Assembly: GCF_964355755.1 (NCBI RefSeq) | Contig: NC_092670.1 | Span: 2,470,201-2,534,200, forward strand | Direction: 5' to 3' | DNA length: 64,000 nucleotides | DNA from: Antedon mediterranea | Taxonomy: Eukaryota; Animalia; Echinodermata | Part shown: positions 25,001 through 38,200 of the stretch, in pieces | Position numbering within the stretch: the first letter of the stretch is position 1 | Layout: each line of letters begins with the position of its first letter | Made by a program: the position numbers and the translations under genes | The notes under the pieces: model-generated | The model's input: only the letters and a program-made list of their open reading frames with translations | Databases searched by the model: none | What the model was told of the DNA's origin: nothing

Positions 25001-28000
25001 GTCAATAAATATTAAATTATCTAACTCAACTTAATTAGTAGGCCTAATGGTTTTCAATTGTTTCTTAGAGCCAATTCATACTTAAGTTGGTTCCTACCCT
25101 ACCCACCAAAGTTGTTCTGCGTTTAGGGCATGTGATGTACCGTAGGCCTATTCTCTACTGGTTTTACAACGCTACTCATGCCAGTGAGGGAAAGGTGATG
25201 ATGTGGGTGGTTTAACTGCAATAATAAAGATTTGTACATAATATACGGCGAGTGAAAACGCTAGCTCATTATCCGTTTAAAAAAAAATTATATCCAACCT
25301 CTGCAGCACAGATTGAAAACAAAAATGGATCGAATTTCGAGTATACAGTACTGTACTTGCCTTTATATTACGACGCCTGAGGGAATAGACACTTGTGAAA
25401 CAGAGATTGGAATGTTCCATTCATCGCAAATCAATACATTTGTATAATCGTATATTAAATCTATCAAAATAGTATTTTTTTAAGAAAATCGGCCTGTCTT
25501 CAACATTATGATGCTGTACTCTAGCTGTTCAACCAGTTTTCAGCTATTAAAAACAATTATCATAGGAGGAGATAGGAAAATGCGAAGCCTCCTCGTATTT
25601 TTGTGGCGGGTATTTTTCAAGATGGACATCCATTAGACAGTGTATACCACGATCGGAAAACACCCCTATTTGGGGCAAATCGTTGAACCTAAATTCGTTT
25701 TAATCGTCAATAACTAATTACCTAACTCAATTTAATTAGTAAACAGGGTTACATCAGATGGTTAAAATCAGTACCGAAAGTATGAACCAACTTTATATAC
25801 CATCGAGTAGAAATTCTAGAAATAAACCGAGATTTACCGAATTTTGCCCTTACGTAAATTTATATATAGATGACACTTTCAGTGCTAAAGCATTGATTTC
25901 CAAAGTGGTTCAGTAGAGAAAAATTAACAATATAATAAATAAAAAGTAATTTACATTAGTAGACACATTTACAAAAAGGTAACTATCTACAAAACATACA
26001 GTATATATAAAAAAAATGGAGGGAATTAAAGGTAAAAGGTACTTAATCAGTAATAATATTAAAATCAATCCAAAATATTATTTTGGATTGAATTTTTAAA
26101 AAGTGTCATAGATTTAATATAAAAAAAATAATTGTTTTATTCAGGCCTAGGATTTTAATGAGGAATTTTATTTTTGTGCCTTAATGCTATGTGTGATTAT
26201 GCTATTTTCACTACAACCATCTGTATGCAAATTTGGTGGAATGGTTATGTAACCAGCCTTTCAACTAATAACAATAGTTTCAGTTGACTAACAATAGAAC
26301 AGCAATGCCAAAAACAAACCTCCAAAATTTAATGGAGTGGTCCTTGACTACATATCTATCTGTATTTTCATTTTGGTAAAGGTCTTTCAATAACTTTTGA
26401 GTAATCCTGCTAACAAACAAACAAACCGACAAACAAACAGACACATGCGATTGACTACATAAACCTCCTTGGCGGAGGTAAATAATTGATTGGTAAGAAA
26501 ATGTTAATATGAACCTATAGATGGCTATAAATTTACCTCTTACATCACACCACCTGTACATTTTCAGATGATTAAAAAGTAGCAATGTATACCGAAAATG
26601 GAGATCTGACTAATCAATATAGAAAAAATACTGTAAACCTTATTTGTGAATCTTTCTTTATAAAAGAAATTGCCACATTATTAATAATTCATTCAATTAT
26701 TAATATTGAACGCTATTGTCTATAAATTCTTGCACCTAACCTCAGAAGTTGGTAAATAGATGTGCTTCTTTCTGCTGTGGATTTCTTGTTGAACTCGCAG
26801 CCATTTTATTGGCAAAGTGCGAATCATTTTCTTTGACAAATCCAGTATTTGTTTCATGATGGCAGAAGCATTGCTCTGTTCAAATGGTACACTGTTTTCA
26901 ATGGTAAAAATAGTTGAACACACCATAGTTTCATATGGTTTGTCTTTTAGGGCTTCCCAAATTTTATTTTCTATTTCTTTAACCTGAAAGAAAGAAATAC
27001 ATTTGGTATGTAGTTTCTAATATTTCTTATTTTAATCAGATTAATTAGAATAATCAGACTATTTATATAGTGATTGCTAAACGTTGTGATCCAGTTTTAG
27101 GATTAAAAAAATAGAAGATTGAATCCACTGCCTATGAAAAAAGTTTCTGCATTGTTGTGTCATGGTGATTTCTCTATGGTAGAGTCAACTCACCTGTTCT
27201 TTCCTTTCTTCTTCAGTTCCTTTAAGGCCATTTAAATGTGTACCTATCAGTAATACAGGAGGACAAGGCTGACCATTTATCTTTGCGTCAGGTCTACTGT
27301 TTGTGTATATAGACTGAATCCAAGAAAGAATGAACTCCAGATTTGTCATTCGATGGTCATAATTGTTTCCCTAAATTTTATAAGTATATATGATAACAAA
27401 AAAATGTTTGTAGAACACTCAATTTTAATTTCTTTGATCATGTATAATACTGTATACAACAATTGAAAAAAACGTAATTGTTCAATCTATTGTTATTCAT
27501 TTATTCAGTAATGGAGGAAAAGAATGTTCATTTATTAATGTAGTTTGTGTTGAATTGTCTATGGATAAAAAGATGTGAGAAGCTAATTGATAAGTCTTAA
27601 AACTTTAAGATGTGTTCAGAGCAAAGGTATACATTTTTCACTATAAAGCAATCACAATCAAGGAATTGAAAATAGTGTTTAAAAACTAATAAAATTCAGC
27701 TTACAGTTGTTGGATCCAAAACTTTAGCTTGGGCATCGAGATCATCACAAAGGTTGAATACTACGCATACAACAGCAAAAGATACCATGAAGATCTATGA
27801 GATCAATTAAACAGTGTATTAAAAAAATGGTGAATATAAAAAAATGCTTGATTATCAATGGAAATGCAGTGTTTGTTTTTCATAGTGTTTTAATTTTTAG
27901 ATTAAAAAAATAGCTGAGTCTAGACTACTACTAAATTTATTACAGGTTTGCCATATGATAGATATTTGTTGCTAGAATTCATAAGAATAATATTTTACTT

Positions 28001-31000
28001 GTTTATTTTTTTACTACTGTATATTAGTGTTGTCTTATTAGAGGAATTGTGGGGAATATAGTTATATTACCATGCTGGGTCATGCAGGCTCCATGCCGGC
28101 ATCAGGTAAAATATCCAGTATATACCAGCTGAAAGTTGGTATATACTGGATATTCCGATCCCTGCTGTAGATAGTTATGCTGGTAACGATACAGGCAGTG
28201 GCATAACGCAGAGGCCTGATGCCCCTGGATTAGGAACCCCAGGCCCTCCAAGGCTGGAGGCCTAGGGCGTTTTTAGCCCTTTTTGACATATTTTAATGCC
28301 TGTATTTTCCTCTGGACACTGCCCAGGGCCCCCACATGCTCCGGGGCTCCTGGTTTTAGCCAGTGAGTGTTCATAGCCATTACGCCACTGGATGCAGGCA
28401 TCATTGGTCTCTTGAATTTGAATTGGTTGTTGTTTTTTGGCAGTTGGTGAGCATTCAATTATTTCCCTGTTTACCATTCAGAATCTCCTCCTGAATGCTA
28501 CCAATGATCTGAGCATTTACACTACCATTCAAAATATCTCCCTGAATTTTTATTTATTTATTTATTTAGGTTTAAAAAACACATACAAAACAGCAGCCAT
28601 TGGCTGATAACGTTTGTTTACAATCAATATACATATATAATTAAAAGTAAAAGAGGCACAATTACAAACAGCATAGAAAAATAACTATATATTATAAAAC
28701 ACAAAATACAGTATTATTCGTTCATAAAATTGAGTACGTCATTATTATTATTATTATTTAAGATTATTATTAGTATATAAATTATTAAAATTATTATATA
28801 AAAGGTCGAAACGGCATCGAGAAAGTGAGAAATAATCATGGAAATCAACCCATATCAGTTAGCATTAATAAACTTAACAATCGTAGGTATGGCAGACCTT
28901 TGGTATCGTTCAGTTTTACACCTGGGGGGGAAGGAGACTTCCGGTACTAGTTGTATTAGACCTAAGGGTTCTCTTCTGCCCGCGGCAAGGAGGTAGGGTG
29001 TCACGAAAGCTCAGACCACGAAAGCTCAGACCCCAAGACCTAAGATCACGAAAGCTAAGACCCAACACCTAAGATTACAAATACTAAGATATACTACAGC
29101 TTAAAAACAATACTTGTTTATCCATACATAATTTTAAACACAGTAGGTTTCATTTATTACCATAAATATAATTTAATACTACCGCAAAACATAGATAAAC
29201 TCACATTATTTTCGCCCGTTGAGTAAATGTATATTTTTTCTTTACAACAAACAAACTTGACGGGTTGTTTGTTGGTATATATTTACTCCATTGTGTTGGT
29301 TCAGAGGATGTTTTTCTTACGCACCTGCCTTTCTTGTATTTTGACTCCAAATTTGTTGGCTAACTTTATCCTGAACACCACACTTTAAAATTAGGACTTA
29401 TAAGTACTTTCAGAAGGAGAAACACATAATAACAAATAAATAAATCCTTTAAATTGATGATTTTACAGATGTGTTTCTTTGTATACTGTAATACTAATGT
29501 AACTCCTCGAGCTACCCATGCTCAATGTTTTTGTTTCTATGGAGCGCCAAAAGAGCAACAATAATAGTACAAGTATAAAAACAGAAAGAAAACGAAACAA
29601 AAAAACTTATCATGATTTTTAAATTAAAATTTATTTGCCAGTATTTATTTCTTCGTACTTACATGATTATACTATTATCATTACAATTTTAATTTTACAT
29701 TGTTCCATCCACACTGTAGATGGACTCCACAGAGTTTTCAGCCCTCTATATAATTTTTGCTCTTTTGACGTTCCATAGAAACAAAAACATTGAACATGGC
29801 CCATGGGGTAGGCCTACTGTACTGTAGGCTAGTCATTTTGTGTGCGAGAAAAACGTCTGTAAAATCATCAATTTAAAAATGTATTTGTTACTTTTTATGT
29901 GATTCTTTTTCATGAAAGTGCCAATTCTAAGGTGTGGTATTCAGAATAAATGTTGGGAGTTAAAATACAAGGCAGGTGCGAAAGATAAATATTTGTAATC
30001 TTAGGTGTTGGGTCTTAGCTTTCGTGATCTTAGGTCTTAGGGGGTCTGAGCTTTCGTGGTCTGAGCTTTCGTGACACCCCAAGGAGGTAGCATGTCTCGA
30101 AAACAGTTGGACTTAAGTAACCCCCTCCCAAAGGACAACACAAGAGTGTCTCTCCTTGCCTCGAGAGAAGGTAACCCTGTAACCTCTAGGGCATTGTCAT
30201 AGGAAATGTAGGTAGCACCTAACATTATTCGACATGCTCTTTTCTGGATGGTCTCAATGCTGCTGGCCATTTTTTTGGTAATAGCACCATGCCATACCTG
30301 GCAAGCGTATTCCAAGATGGGCCTATAATACTGGCATTTTGCTTCCACGCCTGTGAGAAAAGGGCTTTATGTACTTACCCGCTGCATCACATGATAAATT
30401 TGTTGTCCTCCGAAATCCCAGATGTTCATCACAAACTTGTCGCTAGTCACCTTGTCATCACTCCCTTCTTTCTGAAACTCAACTATTAATTTTTCAATTT
30501 CTGACGGAATCTTTATCTGGTCATCTCTTCCTTCTTTCTCAATCTCTATCTTTGAAGGAATCTTTGTCTGGAGTTTTTCTTTCTCTATATATTCATTAAA
30601 ATAAATTAAAATTAAACATCCAATAGCATGTTTAATATGTATGTCATTTTTCTAGGCCTTTTATTAGGATAATTTATTTTAGGATTCTAATTATTTTAGC
30701 AATGGTGATTATAATTATTAATTAATATAGAAAAGTGCATTGTTAGCCAAGATCCCAACAGAATAACACATTGTCTGATGATTTCAGGTTCCAAATTAGC
30801 TTCCCTAATAATTCTACTCGGCTTTTCGTTCCCTACTCAAAAAGAAGAGTTGTCGATATAGTGCCTTTGCAATTGCCACGTATCTTGAAAGCACTCTTCG
30901 TCAATTAGTGAGGATGGAATTTTAAGATATTCGTCTTTCATTGAATTTGTTTTGAGGATTTTTGTATAATATTTATTTTGTTTAATACTAATATACAAAT

Positions 31001-34000
31001 ATAGTTAACAGAGCTAAAGCTAACAGAGGTGCCTTGAAAATAGGTCTGGTTGTGTTTTAGACACAAAGGCCCATAGTTTTAATGAAACAAAGTTTGAAAA
31101 AAAATTTGAAATAGGCAAAGTATATAAAACATTAAAAGACACTAACTGTTCTAAAATCTTTAATTAAATTAATCCACCTTTTCCATCTTAAATCAAATAT
31201 GAAATTCCAGGCCACAAGTCAAAAACCCATGTAAAAGTCAGTGCTTAGTTTTGGTAGAGCAGACAGTGAAATATTAGGTGAAATGTAATAATAATGCACT
31301 TAAAATTCCTATTAACATTTTTACTTACCGTCATCCATTTGGCTTTCTTCTGTTTTAGTTGATTGTGCTGGATTTTCTTTCTCCATATGTTTCACAAGTG
31401 TTTTTTGGGGAGAATTTTCATTGCCAGAAGGCTGTTTTGCTGATGCTGTTGTAACCTCTGCTTGTAGCATACTATTCTTGTTATCAGAAGCATTTTCTGT
31501 TGATGCTGTTTCACGTTTTTCTTCTCGCACATCACCATCAGAACCATTTTGCTTTTCTTTCAGTTGTTTTGCCACATTTCTAGCAACTGTTTCCTCATAC
31601 ATTTCAGAAGCTTGAGCTTTAAAAAAATAAAAATTGATTTTGTATATTATACTTGGATACTATGAATATGTTAATTATTATTAAACATTTTAAAAGGAAG
31701 AAACACACATATCCATGGTAATTACAGAATAAATCTAGTTCTGTGTTGTACCAAAAATAATTTAGGTAAAAAGAAGCAAGGTAAAAAGAAGCAAGGTAAA
31801 AATGGTATCAAATTATTTTAAATTTGTTTAAATTAAAGCAGTAATCAAGAAATTGTATGTAAAACAGATTATTATATAAATAACATCCATAAAACATGAC
31901 AATATAACTTCATAATCAGATTAAAGAATTAAGGAATTTCTGTGAAGCAGCTTTCATCAGATAGCTGACAGCGCAGCAAGAAAAATATGGGAGGCTTTGT
32001 CAAAAAAGAAATGTTTGCAAACGTGTGTTGATAAATGTTGGCTAGTTTCGTAAGTATACTTCTTTAAAAAAAATTCAATTTCCAGTAAGCAGAACAATAA
32101 ATGCAAAATAAACATGGGCGGATGGAGTACCATGAAAATTGCCAATAGTACAAACAATTAAGCACTATCAAAGTGGCTCTCCAATACTTCAAACCAAAAA
32201 AATATATAAGGGTAAGGGGGTTAACAGTATTAAGTTTCGAATAGTACTTGGAATCCAGCACAACACATTTTTAAACAGGATAAAATGGAACAAGTCTGGG
32301 ACAAAGTCTTTGGTGCTAACTGGGTTAATAATTTAGTATTTTGCATCTTTTTTTGGTTTAATTTGCATGTTAATGTATACTTTCTGTTTCTTGCCATATT
32401 GTTTCATCTGCATCATCTTGAGAACACACTGTTTTTGTTGTTGCTATGGCATCAGTTATTTCATGCTTTGATTTAAAACTACAGAAAAAAATGAATATTA
32501 TTATTTCACTTCAATAGCCATACAATATATATAAACCCATCTTAATCATTCAATGTTATTCAAGTCAGCCTTTTGGGATTATATTAATATTATTATTAGT
32601 GTATTTATAACAAAAATGAATATACAAAGAGTAATATTTTTCAGTTGGCTCATAAAGTATGTTTTGGTGTCATCAGTTAATTAAAAGTAAATTCCCATAA
32701 ATTGATAATGATAAAATGCCTACAATTGAGAAGAATATGTTTAAATGCATATTAAAACTAAAATGTACACATAGATTATGTCCCGAGAGTCAAGATAGAT
32801 TTTCAACTCAAACCCCTCTCATTATACTTTAATAGTAGTGATATTTGGGGGAAAGCAAATATTTTTGGTTTTTTTAATTATTTGTCATTCAGAGCATTGG
32901 GGTCTTGGTGTATGTTTTTTTTTCTGTGGTCATTTAATAAATTGTTTTAAACAACATTGATACCACAATTTTCTTACCTTTTCCTTAGTAATGAATTAAT
33001 AGTAGAAGTTTTTCCTACTCCCTCAAGACCTACAAAAATAACTCTGCCTTGTTTAACTTCAGTTTTCCCTTCTTCCAGGGCTTCATTGAATGCTCTAACT
33101 GCTTCTGGTCCTCGAGCCCGTATGTCAATTGGAGTGGAATCTTGAAAAAATAAGTATTTAATAGTAGTTTTACAATAAAGTTATTATATATTTATTATTA
33201 CTATGCATTCATATTGGACACTTAATTAATACCGCTCACTTTTTTAAATCTTTGTAATCCTTGTTAATTTGCTTTTAGAATGATTTTATAATACACAATT
33301 TGTATTGGTTATTTAATTAAAATAACCGATACATTTTATTTTGTAAATAACAGTTGATAATAATAATATAAAATAGAATACTTTAAAAAATACCAATATC
33401 TTACCATCAAAGTTGCTGAGCCTTTGTAATATACTTGGATGCTGTAACATTGTAGTAGTACCAAGAAAACCTACTGCAACCTCTCTTGCCACCTTTAGAT
33501 TCTTACTTTCTCTTATCATCTTCCATTCCTTATCATCCAAAGGAGTAAGTAGTTGCCTTACATCTCCTGTACTTTCACTCTCTGTGTGTTCACTTTCACA
33601 TAATTTACACAAGTAAAATCCTACCAATAACTCTGCTATCAACTTGTGAAGAGGCATGAATATCTTACCAAAGTTTCTTTTGTTAGAAATCAGTGCTTTA
33701 TCATAAACAAATCCAAGTTTCAGGGCCATTTCCGCCATGTCGAAGTTACCTGCAGCTACTAGATTAATTCTGCTTATTGAAAGTTGATTTTCTTTCAAGC
33801 TGTTATACATACACTTTCCTAACAAAATCATAGCGTTTACATATTCAACTGGAGCGTATTCAAATTTATAAATATGTTTAGATGTTAGATATTTAACATT
33901 AAACTCATTCAAAGTACAGCGAATTATTTCTTTAAAAAGGTCAGCATTGTTTTCAGGAAGACTTCGACGGTCTTCCCACAGTACACAGATCGTTTGAAGG

Positions 34001-35171
34001 AACATTGGATTTTTGCACATTAAATATACTTCTGGATGTTTTTGCCTGGCCCATGTGCCAATACCTAATTCTTCTCTGAGGGATTTTCCCAATTCTGGTT
34101 TTCCAAAATACTCAAAGTGTTTTTCAATATACACGCCTATGCTCTTGTCATTAAATCCCTTAACCCTTACATGTACATCACATGCTTTTATGAATTCATC
34201 TATGTTTTCTGATATTGATGTAAATATCACACTACAATAGTTCCTCTTGAAAAGATGGATTAAGCTTTGATTATTAAATCTTAATTCATCTAATCCATCT
34301 AGTAGCAGCACAATCTTATGATCATTTTTATAGATGAATCGTTTAATCAAAGATGAATCTTGTGGGAGTTCTGTGTTCAAAATAAAATCTGTCATATCCA
34401 GTTGCTTCGCAATCAGATCAATGATGCTTTCACCTCTTTCTAAATCTCTAACCCTTAAAGGAAACACAATTTTACCTTTAATTGATAATGATAATTGCCT
34501 TAATATTGTAGTTTTACCAATTCCTCTTTCACCATCTATAAGAGCTATACATCCATGTGTGGAGCTGATCACATCTACCACTTCTGTTAATGTTGTTGGT
34601 TTGCAGCCTTCATTGTTTTTAGTTTCTTTGCGTAGTTCCAAATCAGTGAAACACATCTGCGACATGCTAACATTGTATCTACCAACCCTTTTTTCTGGTG
34701 TAAATGTACTGGCCCGACTGCAGAATTCCTTTTGTCTTTGAAACAGATATTGTTCTATCTTTACTAAATACAAAAAAAAATTTTTTGCTTGATTAAACTA
34801 TAATATTTAGTATCGTTTTATTAATTCTTTTTTTATTTATGTGGTATTTCATAAAGTTAATTCCTCAAACTATTATTTCTTTTAAATAATTTTAATTATC
34901 TAACTTAAATTAAAAGTTTATTGTAATGATTTTTGTTACGCAGTCGTACATAAGCTTTATAGAGTGAGTGTGACCCAATATAATTTATAGAAATAAAAAA
35001 TATAAAACCGCAATTAAAAATATGCTCAAACAAGGGCAGAAAACAAAGAAAATATGATTTTTACAAAGCATTTTTAGGATAATAAAAATTAAGTTCCACT
35101 TTAGAGTAAATAATATTGATCTAAAATTTTGTTTGAGTGTGAAAGTGGAATTATTCTATTAAAAAATTTTA

Positions 35172-35250
<79 letters not shown>

Positions 35251-38200
35251 TATAGATATAAAGTAATGAATTAGTTTAGTAGTTCAAGGCTACCAAATAT
35301 CTATAGTTCTTGTTAAACTTTGTTATACAACAGAAGTAGATGATACTTTCTAAATGTATTACCTTCGCTCTCCATCTTACTCAGTGCTCCTTTTGAAATG
35401 GATGCTATAGTTAGATAAACATATTTTTTTAATCAATTGCTGTTTATAGATGTATGTAGGTTATTATTTAAGATAGTTAGGTAGTAAGATAGTTAGTACT
35501 GTATTTGTTCAAAAAAGTTAATAAAATACCATCATCCGTATTACTTCTACAGTGTAAGGGAATTCTTCGTCCCACTCTGATATTTACCTATTCTAATTAC
35601 ATAATAGTAGTGTAGTCGTAGTTAAGAGTAGACGTGTACTAAATCACTCTCTGTAGCCTCACTACATTCAGCCTCACTACGCGGTGACAGTTCAAATTTC
35701 CCGCAGGACAGTTGTTGTGTTAGGGCACTCCTGTAGCCTAGCATTTACTTGCCGGTGTTTGTCTGCTGTACATGTACGTATTAATACACCATCATGGCCG
35801 GAAAGAATACAAGGAAAGGTGGTAAAAAGGACAGCGGTAAGGAGTGTTGCGAACTGAACACTGATACAGCACCTATCATTGATGTGGAACCGCTTACTAT
35901 TATTGTACAAAATGAAATTTCCAATATAATTAAAGGAAATACGAGTATTTTCAATGACCTAGCCGAGAAAATTGCGAGCATTGTTAAACACCAGCTGATT
36001 GAAAGCATTACACAAATTGTAACGGATGCAGCAATTGAAGCAATACGTTTCGAACTTGACGATACTAAAGATCGTCTCAGCAAAGTAGAACAACAGGTAG
36101 AGAACTTACAAAATGAGCTAGATGAAGCAGAACAATATTCAAGAAGGAACTGTTTGATTATTCAAGGAATAGAAGAGAAACAAGGTGAGATAACAGACAA
36201 TATAGTTTTGGATTTGTTTAAGAAAAAGCTAAGCGTAGAAGTAGATAAAACATGCATAGACAGGAGTCATAGATTGGGGCCAAAAGTTAAGAAAAACGGA
36301 AGAGCAAGAGGAATAATAGTAAAGTTTAGTTCGTATAATGTTAGAAATGAAGTATATAGAGCAAAGAAAAAATTAAAGGGGAGCCATATCTACATTCATG
36401 AAAACCTTACGAGCAAAAGATCAAGTTTACTACGTACTGTAAAGCAAAACTATGCATCAGTGGTATCTGCAGTTTGGACACAAGATGGTCGCATACATAC
36501 CATAATCACTGGCAGTAACGAGAAAGTTGTTTTATCCAGAACTTCCGATCTTAAACAATTACCTAAATGTAAAAGGTAATGTGTAAGAGAATTTTAAATG
36601 TCCTAAAATTGTATTTTATGTAGATAAGATGATTTTAGATTTTATTTGTAACGCATGTAATAAACCATTTAAACCAATTCAATTGTTAAACGAACATCGT
36701 ACGGGAAGCCTTTTAGACAACGACGTAGACGACGCTGAATTACGTAACGACTCTATTGTTTATCCTGCTTTTGGCATACTATGCAAATTATGCGAGATTG
36801 ATTGTACAAAGGGTTTTAAAATTGGTCATTTAAATGTCAGAAGTCTCTATAATAAGGTGGACCATGTTCGGAGTTTACTTTCGGAATGCCGTTTCCATGT
36901 TTTAGGAATTAGTGAAACCTGGCTAGATCAAAATATACATAATAGTGAACTTGCAATCCCAGGATACCTATTAGTTAGAACAGACAGAAATAGACACGGA
37001 GGTGGGGTGGCTATCTATGTAAACGAAAATGTTGATTTTGATGTCATTGACTTTGGTGAAAATACAATTGAATCGGTATGGATAAAAATTAAGCCGGTTA
37101 ACACTAAACCGTTCGTTATAGGTAATGTTTATAGACCACCAAATTCGTGTACTGGATTTGTTGATATAATGCATGATCAAATATCTTTTATACTAGATAG
37201 TATAAGAGAGATTATTGTTGTTGGTGACTTAAATTGGAATATATTTGATAGACAGCATTCTCGGAACATTAAAACCCTCCACCAAATTTTCCAATTAAAC
37301 CAGTATATTAAAACTCCAACGCGCGTAACGGAAAACAGTAGTAGTTGTATTGATTTAATTTTTTCAGATAGGGATGACTTTATAAGCAAAACTGGAGTTG
37401 TACCAATTGGAATTAGCGATCACTCATTGATATATGTAATACGTAAAAAAATTAAAATAAAATTGCCCCCGCGTATTTTACATACGAGAACCTTCCGGAA
37501 ATTTAACGAAGATATGTTTATTTCTGATCTTGCATCTGCTCCGTGGAGTATTTGTGAGGCGTCCGAGGATGCTGACGAGGCTTGGGACATTTGGAAACAC
37601 ATTTTTACTGATATTTGTGATATTCATGCTCCTATGGTGACGGTCAGGAGGAGGGGAACTGATATTCCATGGCTTACAGACGAATTTGTTTCCCTTTCTT
37701 GTGACCGTGATTATTTAAAACAAAAAGCCGAAAAAACTAAGAACATAGATGATTGGAATTCTTACAAAAAGGCAAGAAATAAATTAAATAATTTGTCTAA
37801 ATCACTAAAACGCGACTATATAAATAATAAATTAAAGGATAATGTTAATGACACTAAAACATTATGGAAAACCATGAAAGACTTTTTACCCAATAAAAAG
37901 AAACAAACTAAAACAACTCTCAATGTAAACGGTAATGAAATAAACAATCCAACTGATATTGCTAATCATTTTAATAAATATTTGTGTTCAATTTATAATG
38001 AACTTGCATCCCATTTTAATGACAACCAAAACGATATTACCGTTGAATCGTTATCACAATTTCAACAACGTTTCAACTTTAAAGATATTAATGGAAATGA
38101 AATTGAAGCTTTGTTGGAAAAGTTAGAAATTGGAAAAGCTACTGGAATTGATGGGATTTCCGCTAGGTTACTTAAAATTGCATCTTCACAAATTTCTCAA

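Noticed and set aside
33313-33404. Hydrophobic C-terminal tail (KILVFFKVFYFILLL...) as a transmembrane anchor on a stand-alone NACHT protein
   Set aside because: It lies after a consensus G|GTAAG donor in AT-rich intron sequence. Intron read-through is the simpler explanation, although intron retention is not excluded.
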